A stretch of DNA of 64,000 bases. It comes from Octopus vulgaris. Its lineage: Eukaryota. Below the pieces are notes generated by a model. It saw nothing but the letters and a program-made list of their open reading frames with translations. It was not told where the DNA came from and did not search any database. The number at the start of each line of letters is the position of its first letter. Position 1 is the stretch's first letter. The position numbers and the translations under genes are program-made. The stretch spans positions 43,462,001-43,526,000 of the forward strand of contig OX597817.1 in NCBI GenBank assembly GCA_951406725.2, given 5' to 3'. This document shows positions 13,643 through 28,700 of the stretch, one piece after another.

Positions 13643-14075
13643 ATCAGGCACATATGCAATTATAAATAGGCATGGCCAATACAATTAATGAAAAAAACAT
13701 GTAAAATGATGTTGATAATGATGTAAATCAATCATATCTACTCTTTTACTTGTTTCAGTCATTTGACTGTGGCCATGCTGGAGCACCATCTTTAGTCGAA
13801 CAAATCGACACCAGGAGTTATACATTGTAAGCCTAGTACTTATTCTATCGGTCTCTTTTACCGAACCACTAAGTTATGGGGACATAAACATACCAACATC
13901 AGTTGTCAAGCTATGGTGGGGGGGCAAACACAGATGCACAAATACACACACACACATATTTATATATATACAATGGGCTTCCATCTACCAGGTGCCCAAG
14001 GTGCCATGCAGTGCGACTGAACCCGGAACCATGTGCTTCGTAAGCAAGCTACTTACTACACAGCCACTCCTACAC

Positions 14076-14110
<35 letters not shown>

Positions 14111-14227
14111 TATATTTAATCACACACACATGATTATGCACATATGCAATTATAAATTGGCGTGGCCAATACAATTAATGAAAAAACATGTAAAATGATG
14201 TTGATAATGATGTAAATCAATTATATC

Positions 14228-14258
<31 letters not shown>

Positions 14259-16848
14259 GTTTAATCACACACACACACACACACATACACACACCACATT
14301 ATCCAAAACACAATACATGCATTTATGCATCCATCCACCAACTTATTTTGATCATTATAGAAGCAATACACAGATATAACAAACCTTCCTCACCACATGC
14401 TACCCACTCCTCTTCTCATATATTGACCCTCCTACACTCCCAGCCGAGCCAGCTGTTTTATCAAAAATGTTTACATTGGTTCAAGTTACAAGTGTTTTAG
14501 CTTTAATAACTGAACTTTCACCTTGACATTAAAACAGAACTGTTCTGACAAATAGGGAACGTTATTGCAGAAAAATTCAACAGGAGGAGGAGGAGGAAGA
14601 AGAGGAGCAAATGAAATCAGACGAAATGAGAATTACTTTAACCTTTAATCAGATTAGTCAAATATACTGATAAAAACAGTAGAATATAAATTCTTCTATT
14701 TACTTAATGTAGTTTAAGTAAAAAAAAATGATAAATCTCTATATATATAAAGCTGAAGTTGTCTGTGTGTGGCAGGTTTGGTAGCCTTCAACTAACACTA
14801 TCTCCTCTGAGACCCTGTGGCGCAAGTTGACTAAAATTGAGAGTATGATAGAAGAAGACTTGCTCTTCCTTCCATAGAAGAAAAAATTCAAATCGGACCA
14901 TGTTAACACCAAAAATTATTTACATCAAAGAGGTGCTTTTTTTCTATGAAAATCCCTATTTTTTACGATTTTTTAACTGCTGTGTTGCCATTTTTCGGTG
15001 TATTTCAACCAGAAAAATGTTCACTTAAAGTGAATAACAAGCTACATAATGCAAAATTTTTACTTTTCAAAAATTCCAATTCTAAAGGGTCGAAACAAAC
15101 CCGAGCAATACCGGGTGATAATGATAAATGATAAAATAATATTGGCTTCAAATTTTGGCAAAAGGCCAGCAATTCGGGGGGAGGGGGTATGCCAATTACA
15201 TTGATGCCAGTGCTTAACTCATACTTATTTTATCAACCCCAAAATGATGAAAGACAAATTTGACCTTGCCAGCATTTGAACTCAGAACTTAAAGACAAAC
15301 TGCTGCTAACTATTTTACCTGGCATGGTAATGAATCTGCCAGCTTGCTGCCTTAAACAATCCTTTCTATTACAGGCATGAGGCCTGAAGTTTTGGGGGTG
15401 GGGACTATTCAATTACATCAATCCCAGAATTTCACTGGTACTTAATTCATCAACCCCAAAAGGACAAAAGGCAATATTGACCTCGGCGGAATTTGAACTC
15501 AGAACGTAGCAACAGGTGAAATACTGCTAAGCATTTCGCCTGGCATGCTAATGATTCTTATTTCTTTATTACCCACAAGGGGCTAAACATAGAGGGGACA
15601 AACAAGGACAGACAAATGGATTAAGTCGATTACATCGACCCCAGTGCGTAACTGGTACTTATTTAATCGACCCTGAAAGGATGAATGGCAAAGTCGACTT
15701 CGGCGGAATTTGAACTCAGAATGTAATGGCAGGCGAAATACCGCTAAGCATTTCACCCAGCGTGCTAACAATTCTGCCAGCTCGCTGCCTTTTGCTGCCT
15801 TAAATAATGAAATAACATTAATCACCGCACTAATAACTCTAGAGAAAAATGCAACTATTTTTAGCTGAATTCTAAATAAAAAAAACTCTTATTACTGTCA
15901 AAGCTTATCACTAAATCCCAAATAGTAGATAACTAAAACTGAACTGATATCTCATTCTTGGGATATATTTACTATACCTTGGATTTTTTTCTTCCAAAGT
16001 AGGTCACTATACAATAAATATAAGAAAACTTTCAGCAAGGTATGGCTAGGGTGCAGGCAAGGTATGACTAAGGTGCAGGCATGGTTGTACCGTTCAGAAA
16101 TTTGCTTTATCTTTTGGTTGTGAGTTTGAAAATCCTATTGCATGGCAATTTCAACATGTGTTTCTAGTCATATCCCTCTGAATCATCATCATCATCATCA
16201 TCATCATCGTTTAATGTCTGCTTTCCATGCTAGCATAGGTTGGATGGTTCAACTGGGGTCTGGGAAGCCAGGAGGCTGCACCAGGCCCAGTCTGATCTGG
16301 CAGTGTTTCTACAGCTTGATGCCCTTCCTAATGCCAACCACTCCATGAGTGTAGTGGGTGCTTTTTACGTGCCACCGGCACAGGTTCCAGGGGAGGCTGG
16401 CAACGGCCACGATCGGTTGGTGCTTTTTACTTGTCACCGGCACGGAGGCCAGTTGGGGCAGTGCTGCCAACGGCCACGTTCGGATGGTTCTCTTACGTGC
16501 TACCAGCACTAGTATCACAACTACAATTTCCATTGATTTTGATTTTGATTTCACTTGCCTCAACAGGTCTTTGCAAGTAGAGTTTTGTGTCCCAAGAAGG
16601 AAAGGTATGCATAAGTGGACTGGCTACATCCCAGGTAGAGGCCACGGGATATGGTCTCACTTGAATCAAATTGGATAAACAGAAAAAGTATGGAAGCTTG
16701 TCAGAGGAAGTGAGCTTGTTCTTGGGTGGCAGGCTTTTAATCCATTGCCTGGCTTCTAAACACCAACATATAGCTTTTGGGTGCTTTTAGCCGAACTGAT
16801 TCTGTTGCAGCCATGGAAACCAGATTTCAACTTACAATAACCCCTATT

Positions 16849-16869
16849 TCATGGTTTGCTCCTTTCATT
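16849..16869 (-). CDS. PPP1R21: Candidate last coding exon of PPP1R21 (NERSKP*), part of a 34-nt exon 16836..16869
   Basis: ttttacag acceptor and perfect gtaagt donor bracket 34 nt. Phase 0 gives a short basic tail then TGA, similar in length to the short vertebrate tail. Homology is too weak to confirm. Confidence 0.4.
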   Translation of the reverse strand, partial: NERSKP

Positions 16870-18231
16870 CTGTAAAACGTTCATAGATTCAGTTCTTCCT
16901 CATCAGATAAATCCTTAACAAAATTCCTGAACATCCATCATTTTAACATATATTTCCTCATATTGGTATTGGTTGGATGTGTTTGCAGCACCCATGCTGA
17001 TGCTATATAAAACGTTAGCACACCAGGTGGAAAGTTTAGCGGTATTTCGTCAGTCATTACGTTCTGAGTTCAAGTTCTACCAAGGTCGACTTTGCCTTTC
17101 ATCCTTTCGCGGTCAATAAATAAAGTACCAGTTTCGCACTGGGGTCGATGTAATCGTCTTAATCCCTTTGTCTGTCCTTGTGTGTCCCCTCTATGTTTAG
17201 CCCCTTGTGGGTAGTAAAGAAATATACATAAAAGGCACTTGTACAAGTGCCACGTAAAAAAAGCTCCCATGCTGGCATCATGCAAAAGAGCACCTGTGTC
17301 GGCATCACGTAAAAAGCACCTATGCTAGTGCCACATGGAGGAGTTCATGTAAAAGTGCAGGCATGCTGACACCACATAAAAGAGCACCCATGTTGGCACC
17401 ATGAAAAAAAGCACCTGTGCTGGTGCCATGTAAAAAACATTTGTGCTGGTGCCATGTAAAAAGCAGACAGTACGCTTTATAGAGTGGTTGGCATTAGGAA
17501 GGGCATCCAGCTGTAGAAGCCAAGTTGAAACAGACATCTGGAGATTAGTGCAGTCCTCCGGCTTGCCAGCTCCTGTCAAATTGCCTAACCCATGCCAACA
17601 TGGGAATTGAATGTTAAATAATAATAATAATAATAATAATAATAGTTGTGGTGGTGGTGGTGGTGGTGGTGATGATGCTTTTGCTGCTGCACATCTTGAT
17701 CATTTGTAAAGACTCAGACCCTCAGATCAGAGCTTGAATATCTTCCTATGTTTTCCCCAGCTTTCCATTGTGCAGGATATACTACATTTTCTTTTTTTTC
17801 ATCCAACACTCATTCTCCATTCTTCATCAAAGAACCAGATCTCTCTCGCAGACATCAATCAATAACATTAGAGTACAATTCTCTTGGGCTCAGTATTTCT
17901 TGCAAGTTAACATTACACATCCACTGATGATAACCACCAAATTTCTCTCTATTGCCTCCAAGTTTACCACATTTAATACATATATTTGACTATCATATAG
18001 AATCACACACCTTATGTGACCCATGCAATCTGCTTTTTACATAAAATGAGGAACCTCTTTTACTCTTTTACTTGTTTCGGTCATTTGACTGTGGCCATGC
18101 CGGAGCACCGCCTTTAGTCGAGCCTAGTACTTATTCTATCAGTCTCTTTTGCCGAACCGCTAAGTTATGGGGACGTAAACACACCAGCATCAGTTGTCAA
18201 GCGATGTTGGGGGACAAACACAGACACACAA

Positions 18232-18279
<48 letters not shown>

Positions 18280-19616
18280 GACGGGCTTCTTTCAGTTTCC
18301 ATCTACCAAATCACTCACAAGGCTTTGGTTGACCCGAGGCTATAATAGAAGACACCTGCCCAAAGTGCCACGCAGTGGGACTGAACCCGGAACCATGTGG
18401 TTCGTAAGCAAGTTACATACCACACAGCCACTCCTACGCTCAATTTTTAACAGAGACATGGGCTCCATCAGCCTCCACACATTTTCATATTTTTCACTTT
18501 TTCATTTACATTTTCTAAAATAAGTTTAATGTGGGTTTTCATTAATTAGTGAAGGTGCATAACCTAATGGTTAAGATGTTGCACCCATAATTGTAAGGGT
18601 GCAGTTTCAATTCCTGAACTGGGTGATGCATTGTGTTCTTGAGTAAAAACACTTTGTTTCACAATGTTCCACTTCACTCAGTTGTAATTGAGTTCCTGCA
18701 GGAGCTGAGGAGTTAACCCTGTGATGGACTAGCATCCTATTCAGGTGGGCAGGTAGTTATAATCTCAGTCGCTTTTATACCATGGAAACTGAGTTAAGCT
18801 CTGGCCTCATGAGTTCTTGGGCTCATGACAGAGCTAAATATAAGTATTTCATCATCATCATTTCACATCTATTTTCCATGCTGGTATGGGTTGGATAGTT
18901 TGACAGGAACTGGCAAGTTAGAAGACTGTGGAGGCACATGGCCTAGTAATTAGAGCAGTGGACTCGCGGTTGAGGGATCGCGGGTTCGAATCTCAGACCG
19001 GGCGATGTGTGTGTTTATGAGCGAAAGCACCTAAGCTCCACGTGGCTCTGGCAGAAGGTAATGGCGAACTTCTGCTGACTGTTTCGCCACAACTTTCTCT
19101 CACTCTTTCCTCCTGCATCTAGCAGCTCACCTGCGATGGACCAGCGTCCCATTCAGGAGGGGAACTTATACACCAATGATGCCGGGAAACCGGCCCTTAT
19201 GAGCCAGGCATGGCTCGAGAAGGAACAAACAAGTTAGAAGACTGCAACAAGCGCTGCTGTCTGTTGTGGGCATGGTTTCTATGGCTGGATGCCCTTCATA
19301 ATGCTAACCATTTTACAGAGTGTACTGGATGCTTTTTACATGGGACTGTGCTTTTTATGTGGCACCAGCACTAGTGCTCTTTATGTGGAATCAACATTAG
19401 TGCTTTTTAAGTGGCACCAGTGCTTTTTATATGGCACCAGCACCAACAGGACAAGACAAAACCCCACCTCAGCTGGGAGGAGGGAGTAGTAAGGAAAGTG
19501 GGTACAGGTTGGCTTTGTGCTGGTTGATGAGGAAATCTAGTTTTCTTATTCATTAGAAAGGCTTGAACTAGATTCCAGCTTTCAACAATGAAAATGAATT
19601 TTAGGTAGATACTTAC

Positions 19617-19754
19617 TTTAGACATTGCTTGCTGCATCTTTAATTCATCAATCTCGTCCTTCTGAGTGGTAAGTTTCTCATTCATACTGGCCAAATGCTC
19701 ACTCATCATACGGAGTTGGCCCTCATAGCTACGAGTTGTGGTAGCTAAATCATC
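19617..19754 (-). CDS. PPP1R21: PPP1R21 exon, 138 nt, [46 protein letters not shown]
   Basis: atatag acceptor, gtaagt donor, phase 0/0; TTKRSYEDQ-like motif. Confidence 0.95.
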
Positions 19755-22700
19755 CTATATTGAAATGAAAAATTAAGAGATTCATTCTGTGTACTAAAGG
19801 AAAAGAAACAAAAACCTAATGGTTTACATTTTGGAGATATTAAACAAGACTGAAGAATAGAAAGAAAGCAGAATACTATTTACTGAAAATCTAGGTTCAT
19901 TTTGTTTTCTGTAATTGGTTTTGCAAGATTCTTGATGTGAACCCATGTGTTGGAACATATTTTGTTTTATCTCAGGAGGGTCATTGTGCTAATAATAAAC
20001 ACACACTGGTTCTATTTCGCTTTGTTATATTTTTTAGTTAACAAGTAGATTATTTCGACTGGCCTCCGTGCTGGTGGCACGAAAAAAGCACCCACTACAC
20101 TCGCAGAGTGGTTGGTGTTTAGGAAGGGCATCCAGCTGTAGAAACACTGCCAGATCAGACTGGGCCTGGTGCAGCCTCCTGGCTTCCCAGACCCCAGTTG
20201 AACCGTCCAACTCATGCTAGTATGGAAAGCAGACATTAAACGATGATGATGATTATTTAACTAATTGATTGTTTCGTTATTCATTTAGTCAGTCAATCAG
20301 TCAGATTTGCCAAATGTCCTTTTGTTGTTATTTGAGATCTCATCAATGACATACCCTACTCCCTACTCCAGGTCTGCTTCAGAGCTGTCTCTAAGTTCAT
20401 ATTGAACTGTAATCTAGCGTCAGTTTAGGTTACTTGATGTTATCTTTTCCTTCGTACCATTTATCTGTAGATTTGGCTTTATTACCTATTTCTTTTACTA
20501 TCCACAAGGGGCTAAACACAGAGAGGACAAACAAGGACAGACAATGGATTAAGTCGATTATATCGACCCCAGGGCGTAACTGGTACTTAATTTATTGACT
20601 CCGAAAGGATGAAAGGCAAAGTCGACCTCAGCGGAATTTGAACTCAGAATGTAACAGCAGACGAAATATGGCTATGCATTTCGCCGGCGTGCTAACGTTT
20701 CTGCCAGCTCGCTGCTTTTGTTACCATAACCCTTTGTTACCATATACATTTCTTTTGTTTCAGTTTTGAAAATAATGAAGAAAGAATTTCATAAGATATC
20801 TTTGTCATCATTAAACTGGTTATCACCAGCTTAATAAGAGAGGAGGCTTGTATCATAGAACCAGATGGATGATATCAAAAGGGTTAAGAGAGATTATCTA
20901 ACTGAATACCTAACCATCCCTGAATTCTCAAAGAGGAAATGTTCTTTGTATGCTAATAATCATGGAGTGAAATTTGTTAGCCACAAAAACACAGTAATAT
21001 AGCTCATGTCCACAGATATTACTTTGATGGAGATCCGAGTAGAACAATGATGGTTGGCACAAGATACAAGTAATAACATGGAGTTGTTCATAAATTAACA
21101 TTAGTCCAGAAAAAATTATATAACTAGGTTCTGAATGTTCTATAAGCTGCATTCAACAAAGTGTGTTGTCACTATCATCACCATTGTTTAATGTTTGCCT
21201 TCCATGCTGGCATGGGGTTGTATGGTTTGACAGGAGCTGGCTAGGCAGAAGACTGCACCAGACTTCTGTACCTGTTTTGACATGGTTCTTACAGCTGGAT
21301 GCTCTTCCTAACACCAACAACTTCACAGAGTGGCCTGAGTGCTTTTTATGTAGCACCAGCACATGCGAGGTCAGTTTTGACATGGTTTTTACAGCTGGAT
21401 GCCCTTCCAAATGCCAACCACTTTTCTGTGTGGACTAGATGCTTTTTACATGTTGTCTGTATATTTTAAGTCCTAAATCTAACAACAGTATACTCCACAA
21501 TAAAAATAATGAATAAACAAAAAGCAGGTTGAACACAAACAGAATGTTTTGATTGATTGCTTATAGCCATAACTACAATCTACATTGCTATAGCAGATTG
21601 ATAACTACAATCAGTCTACAACATTCAGTTAGTACAAAAGGTTTACAGTCTTGGATCAATGATACCATAAATGCTATAACCACCACAAAGTCCTTGTTGC
21701 AGTGTGGTGGATTGTGTGTGTGTGTGTTTCAATGACCTTGAGAGCTATGCCGGTAGAGTACAAACTCTGGGTAGGGTAGGGTCCATGATGGACAGAGCAA
21801 AGAATAGAAGCCAGACTATACCAGAGGTAAAAATGGGTCTCAATAGAGCCCACATCACTACCTAAAAAAAAAGAAAGCAACAATGACAATTCAAAATCAA
21901 GAAGACCAGGGAGAGGAAGGCCTTTCCTCAAGGAAAGAAAGCCTAGAACCAAAAACGATGTAGAAAAATCATCAATGGCCTATGCTCCATAGGGTGTGAA
22001 GGGCAGTAATAATAGAATATTGGCTGAATAATTTGCAGTATTTATTTGGGCTTTACACCTATTTTTTTAATGCCCACAAGGGGCTACACACAGAGGGGAC
22101 AAACAAGGACAGACAAACGGATTAAGTTGATTACATCGACCCCAGTGTGTAACTGGTACTTAATTTATCGACCCCGAAAGGATGAAAGACAAAGTCGACC
22201 TCGGCGGAATTTGAACTCAAAACGTAACGGCAGACGAAATACGGCTATGCTTTTTGCCCAGCGTGCTAACATTTCTGCCAGCTCGCCACCTTTTTGGGCT
22301 TTACATCTTTGAATATAAATGTTATCGAGGTCAAATTTTGCCTTCAAGATTGATAAATGAAGTACCAGCCAAGTTGTAGGTGTTGATTTCTCTCTCTTTC
22401 CCTCTCAATTTCACCTCTTTCTGGAAGATATTACCTGTAGTTAAATGTGGAAAAGGATGGGCTTTTCTGAGTTTAAATGCCCAAGGCATGTCAGATATCA
22501 CAACAACACTCCTAAAATCTCATCAGGAGCAGAAGGATTAAGGTGAGGTGATCATAAATGTGAGTTATCAGTGAAGATAAATAGATAAAAAATTTCTTCA
22601 CTACAGATAGTATATCAAGAAACATGTGTATTGATAAATAAAAGTTAGTATAACAACATTTAAAAACCTTGTTACAAGATCATCAGGCATTCGTATACGA

Positions 22701-25700
22701 ATTATATTACTGAAGATGGAGGACTAACAAATGTAATCATCATCATCATTGTTCGACCGTGGTCAAGACAATGGAATTTACTATGTTACACCAGACTTCA
22801 TGGTCCATCATAGCATTACAGAGGTCCTGTTGCTGGATGCCTGTATCCCTGGAGATTACATCAGGGTAGGAGAGTGTGCGCCCTCTGGTATCGTGAGCAG
22901 ATGGCTTCCAGAGGAGAAGAGGAGAAATTACCTCGTTTTCAGCTCTACAACAATGTCCAGCAAACTGGACTCTTAAATGCTAAACAGCATTTCATTCCAT
23001 CCTGCTATATCGTTATTTCAAATCTTGCTGATGCAAATTTTATTTACATTGAATTTAAGATTAGTAAAGTAAGTACCTATCACTTAGGAACTAGGTATGT
23101 TCAATTCAACCAACTAAATCTCTCTCTCTTTCTTCTACAAGTCTGTGGTCTTTAACCAATTAAAAAAATAATTTTTACAATACGAACTTTCAGCTGGGCT
23201 TGCACTGTTGTGGCCTGTTTTAATTCCTCTATAGATTTCTCTTTGGCTTCTTCTGCAATAGCTAATCTTTTATGTAAGGCCCGGACCTGAAAGACAGTAA
23301 CATAGCAGTGGAATGAATAGACAGAGTAATATTGTAGCAGAATGAAATGAATAGATAAATATTGCAGCAGAATGAAATGACAAGGTAGTCTCACAATAAC
23401 TTGATAATGGTGACCAAAAAAAAAAAACATTTTAATTATTCAATGCTTAAAATAAATAATCAAATTTCCACAAATGCAGTGTGTCAATAAAGTTTTCGTC
23501 ATTAACCCTTTAGTTTTTAACCCTTTCATTACTGTATTTATTTTGAGATGCTGTGTTTCTTCCAATTATTTTAAATATAACAAAGGATTTAGTAAAATAA
23601 CTTAGTTATCGTTAAGCTAGTGTTAGGAACATTAATTGTGACTAAGGTTTGGTGGAAGATTTTAACTCAGAACTTATGAAAACATGACATTTGTACTACA
23701 GAGCCAGTTTCAGGCGGGTTGGTAATGAAAGGGTTAAACTGGCCTTATCCGGCCTAATATATTCTACATGTTTTATATTCAAACTGGCCGGATCTGGCCT
23801 CTCACACCTAACCTACATTGACATTCTAAAAATAAACAATCACATCATTGAAACCTCAAAGCTATAAGATAATGCATGATTAATTCAAAACAATTTGAGT
23901 GAAAGAGTATTACATTTAACAGAGTAATCTGAACACTAAAGGGTTAATCTGACTGGAGTATTGATTAGATATGTGTAGGGCAATATAAACTTTATTAGTT
24001 GGTCTCTTATTCAACATGTGTATGAAACGTGTAGTGTTGCTAGTTACGTCAACAAATAGTTTTGAAACCCCACCACGGCTTTACAGACACACTGCATTTA
24101 CCAATTTGCATTAACCATAAATGAAGTTTATCATGGGAACAGAGTTATTCAATTCTCTCTTATGTATTAAAGGAGGCACAAGCACTTTCACACATGTGTA
24201 TATGCAGGATAGAAATTTCTGCTAACCAAATTCACTCACAAAGCCTCTATTGGCCCGAAGCTATAGTAGAAGACACTTGCTCAAGGTGCTATGCTGTGGG
24301 ACTGAACCTAAAACTATGTGTTTAAGAAGCAAGCCTCCTAACTAAACTACCATACTCATGACTACAAAACAATGTATATAAATATGAATATCACTATTTA
24401 TAGTGTGACAGGCTTTTTATGGCCTAATGCCCTTCCTGATGCCAGTCCCCACCTATTTCCAAGTCAGGTAATGTTTTGTTTCCTATCTATTAATGCATTT
24501 ATAATTTTGACTTATAGTCAATCACAAAGATATATTTCAATGAAGAACTGAAGTATAGATAACTCCATTATATGCTGGCAGAAATACCACTCCACAAGTG
24601 ATTTTCTTATTTCTTTATTGCCCACAAGGGGCTAAACATAGAGGGGACAAACAAGGACAGACAAAGGGATTAAGTCGATTACATCGACCCAGTGCGTAAC
24701 TGGTACTTATTTAATCGATCACGAAAAGATGAAAGGCAAACTCAACCTCGGCAGAATCTTAACTCAGAACGTAACGGCAGACCAAATACCTATTTCTTTA
24801 CTACCCACAAGGGCCAAACACAGAGGGGACAAACAAGGACAGACAAACGGACTAAGTCGATTACATCAACCCAGTGCATAACTGGTACTTGATTTATCGA
24901 CCCTGAAAGGATGAAAGGCAAAGTCGACCTCGGTGGAATTCGAACTCAGAATGTAATAGTAGACAAAATACCGCTAAGCATTTCGCCCAGTGTGCTAACG
25001 TTTCTGCCAGCTCGCCGCCTTTAGTGATTTTCTACTAGTGTAAATCATGTTTGTTGTACAAAACTGCTGAGAAGTAGGACTAAATCTTGGGTCTCTCTCT
25101 GCAACCCGGACAAGCCAATGCTAGCTCATTATTATATGAACGTGTATTTTCCAGGAAACTATTTCCTGTATGAGCAAAATTGAAGTATCTAAGAATATTT
25201 GGCGGTGGAAGACATAGTTTGTCCAGTTTTACTTTCACCTCAAAGTAACACAGATTTTGATTCAGCAGGCCATCTGTAAGCTTTTCAGTATGAGCAGACA
25301 TTGGTGAAGAGACCCTCTACATTATGTGGGTGTATAACAGATGGGTAAAGAACCCCTTCAGTCATGAATGACAATGGGATTGCACCTAGACAGTTCCCCT
25401 CCAAGGCACAAATCTGGGCAAGATTGCCAAATGACCATTGTAACTACACTTTCATGCCTGTTCATGCATATATATATTATTTTAGCCTGGATAACAGCTT
25501 TATAATTGATTTAACTGTGTCATGTTCCTTGATCTCATCAATACTGTGGCAACAAGATGTTACATGGCTTTTACAGCATTATTCAAATTAACAGATAAAA
25601 AGATAAATTATACAAAAACTATCGAAGAAACTCAGTTCATTATAATCACTATTCATGTTGTTAGGTGTTCCACTTCCACAAAATAATGAGATGCAAAAAA

Positions 25701-28700
25701 AGACCACCACAGAACAGAACAAAAGAAAAACAGATGTATCCAGCCAAAATATTCTCTGTTTTATATTCAAACTAGCCAGAATTAGTATCCCATACCTGTT
25801 CTACAATGCCATTCTAAAAATAAGCAAACACATCATTGATATCTTGAAGCTATGAGGTAATGCATGGTTAATTCAAAACAATGGGAATGAATAAGCATTA
25901 CATTTGACAGAGAAATCTGAATGCTAAAGGGTTGAAGAACCATAAGACTGATTTTAACAGAGATCCTATGATCAGATTGATTAATCTAAGCAAATCTAAT
26001 ATTGAATAGATCAGCAAGAAGAACCCCGATACAATTATTCCTAAACATAAAGATCAGGTGTAAGTAAATTCATGGATAAGATAAATACTTATGAAGCTAA
26101 TGACCGGTCTCATAGTTTAGATATTAAATATAGAATGAATGTTCAGTAATTTGATAGTGATAATGATTATGCTTTTATAGTACAAACCTTACAAGATAAG
26201 GTGATAGATTTTTTTAAAACTAAGATTGAAGACTGTGAAATTGGAGTAATTTTTACAGGCCAAAAACAGTGTTGTTCATTTTGAACAGTCATTTATTTTG
26301 GATTAAAGACTGTTTAGTGTTCTCTTTCTTGTCATCATGAGAAGAAGTGACGCAGCAGAGATAACAAGTCTATATATCATCACTATCATCATCATAATTT
26401 GAATGCTCACTTTTGCATGCTCACATGAGTTGGAGACAATTTGTTGAGGCATATTTTCTACAGCTGGATGCTCTTCCTGTTACCAACCCTCTCTTATTAC
26501 AGGTAAAGTAATACTTTCCTATATAAATCTCTGCCAGTTCACTTAAAAGTGATAAATTACAGAACTTTATATATAAATGTGGAGGCGCAATGGTCCAGTG
26601 GTTAGGGCAGCGGACTCGCGGTTGTAGGATCGCGGTTTCGATTCCCAGATCGGGCGTTGTGAGTGTTTATTGAGCGAAAACACCTAAAGCTCCACGAGGC
26701 TCCAGCAGGGGGTGGTGGCGATCCCTGCTGTACTCTTTCGCCACAACTTCCTCTCACTCTTTCTTCTGTTGGCCTGTTCACTTAGCCAGCGGGGTGGCGT
26801 CATTTGAAGGCTAAAACAATGTGAGGCGCATTGTGACCAGCGATGTATAGCAACATCTGATAGCCTGGTCGGTTACAGTGATCACGGTGATATATAAATG
26901 TAGAGTATATTATAACTGAAAGGCTCATAATTCCAATTGTCCATGTTACATGATTCCAGTAATTTAGCTGGTAACCTGTGACCGTTTTCTTTGAAATATC
27001 TGTTGTCTGAATATATTCTGAAATATTATATGAAAGTTATGAAGAAAATACTTGTCTTTATAATTCATAAACATAAAAGTTTCCTATTTGCAACAGAAGA
27101 TTATATCCAGATGATGAATGAGTGGCCCTCAATAATTACAGCCTTAGAACTACAGGAACATCAACAGGGTTTTCATGTATTTTAAAATTATATAAGCTTT
27201 ATTTTGTTTTTGGATTTGGTTTGCAAGATTCTTTATATGAGTTTGTGTGTTGAAGCATAATCTGTTGTGTCTGGGGAGAGTCATTTTCTTTTTGTGCCTT
27301 ATAATTTAACACACTCACCAGTAAAATTTCCACTTATTTCTTATTTTTATTGTCCTAAAATTTTCGTTGCGTCATGCAACCTTTTCAATAGTCTTGACTC
27401 TCAGGTTCCAATCTGATTTGGTAAGGTTTCTATGGCTGGATTCCCTTCTTAATGCCAACCATTCCAAGAGTGCAGTGGGTGTTTTTTACCTGCCACCAGC
27501 ACAGGTACCATTGACCTGACACCAGCATTGGCCACAACTACAGTCTCACTTAGGTCAACACAGGCATGGTATATTGCCAAGGGTCTTGGTCACCTGTCTC
27601 TGCCTACATAAGGCCCAATGCTCAAATGGCATTTGTTATGTGTCACCGGCATCGGTGTCAGTCAGATGGCACTGGCATTGGCCACAACTACAATTTCACT
27701 CAGTTCAACAGGTCTTCACAAGCACAGCATATCACCCAACAATTGAAGGGTGCTTTTAATGGGCCAGTTGTGCAACACTGGCTTGATGGGTTTTCTCAAG
27801 CATGGCATATCTCCAAAGGTCTTGATCACTTGACATTGTCTGTGTGAGTCCAACATTCAAAGATTGTGCTTCACTACTTCACCCATGTCTTCCTGAGTCT
27901 AACTCTATCACAGGTTCCCTCCACCATTAGAGTTTGACACTTCTTCACACAGCTGTCCTCCTCCATATGCATCACATGACCAGTACAGTTGTCTCTTTTG
28001 CACGCCACATCTGATGCTTCATATGTCCAACTTTTCTCTCAGGATGCTTACACTCTGTCGTGTATGCACACTGACATTACACATCCAGCGGAGCATATTA
28101 GCTTCATTTCTTACAAGCATGTGCATGTCCTCAGCAGTCACAGTCCATGTTTCACTGTTGTGTAGCATGGTTGTTTGCAAACAGGCATTATACAGTCTAC
28201 CTTTCATTCTGAGTGAAAGGCCCTTTGTTACCAGCAGAGGTAGGAGCTCTCTGAACTTTGCCCAGACTATTTTTATTCAAGCAGCTATGGTTTCAGGGCA
28301 TCCACCCCTGCTACTGACTCGGTCACCTAGGTAATGGAAGCTATTAACTACTTCTAGTTTTTTTTCCCTGGCATATGATGGAATCTATTTTCTGTACATT
28401 TTTGGTGTTTATTGTATCTGTGCACCTTCCACACAGAAAAACCATCTTGCCAGTTAACCTTCCTCTGATATTGCTGTACCTCTTATGTGTCCATAGCTTA
28501 CACCAGGTACATCTAATATTGTTACTACCTACGCCTTTCCTACAGATCAAGCAAGGATTTGGGATTTGCTCACATGTGCGCACATGCAAACACACACACA
28601 CACACAATAAAGTTTTGGATAAAGTTAGCAACTGAAAACAACTTACCTCTGCATGGAAATTAATTGCTTTGCTTTCAGCCAACTGAAGATTCAGTGTTAG

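Noticed and set aside
18505-18513. Alternative terminal exon of PPP1R21 (ttattttag|AAA ATG TAA, KM*)
   Set aside because: Weak pyrimidine tract and no homology; not excluded, but less supported than 16869
26579-26655. tRNA gene (also 18929-19000 and 46114-46185)
   Set aside because: A and B boxes are present but the acceptor stems are imperfect and each continues into a multi-copy SINE body
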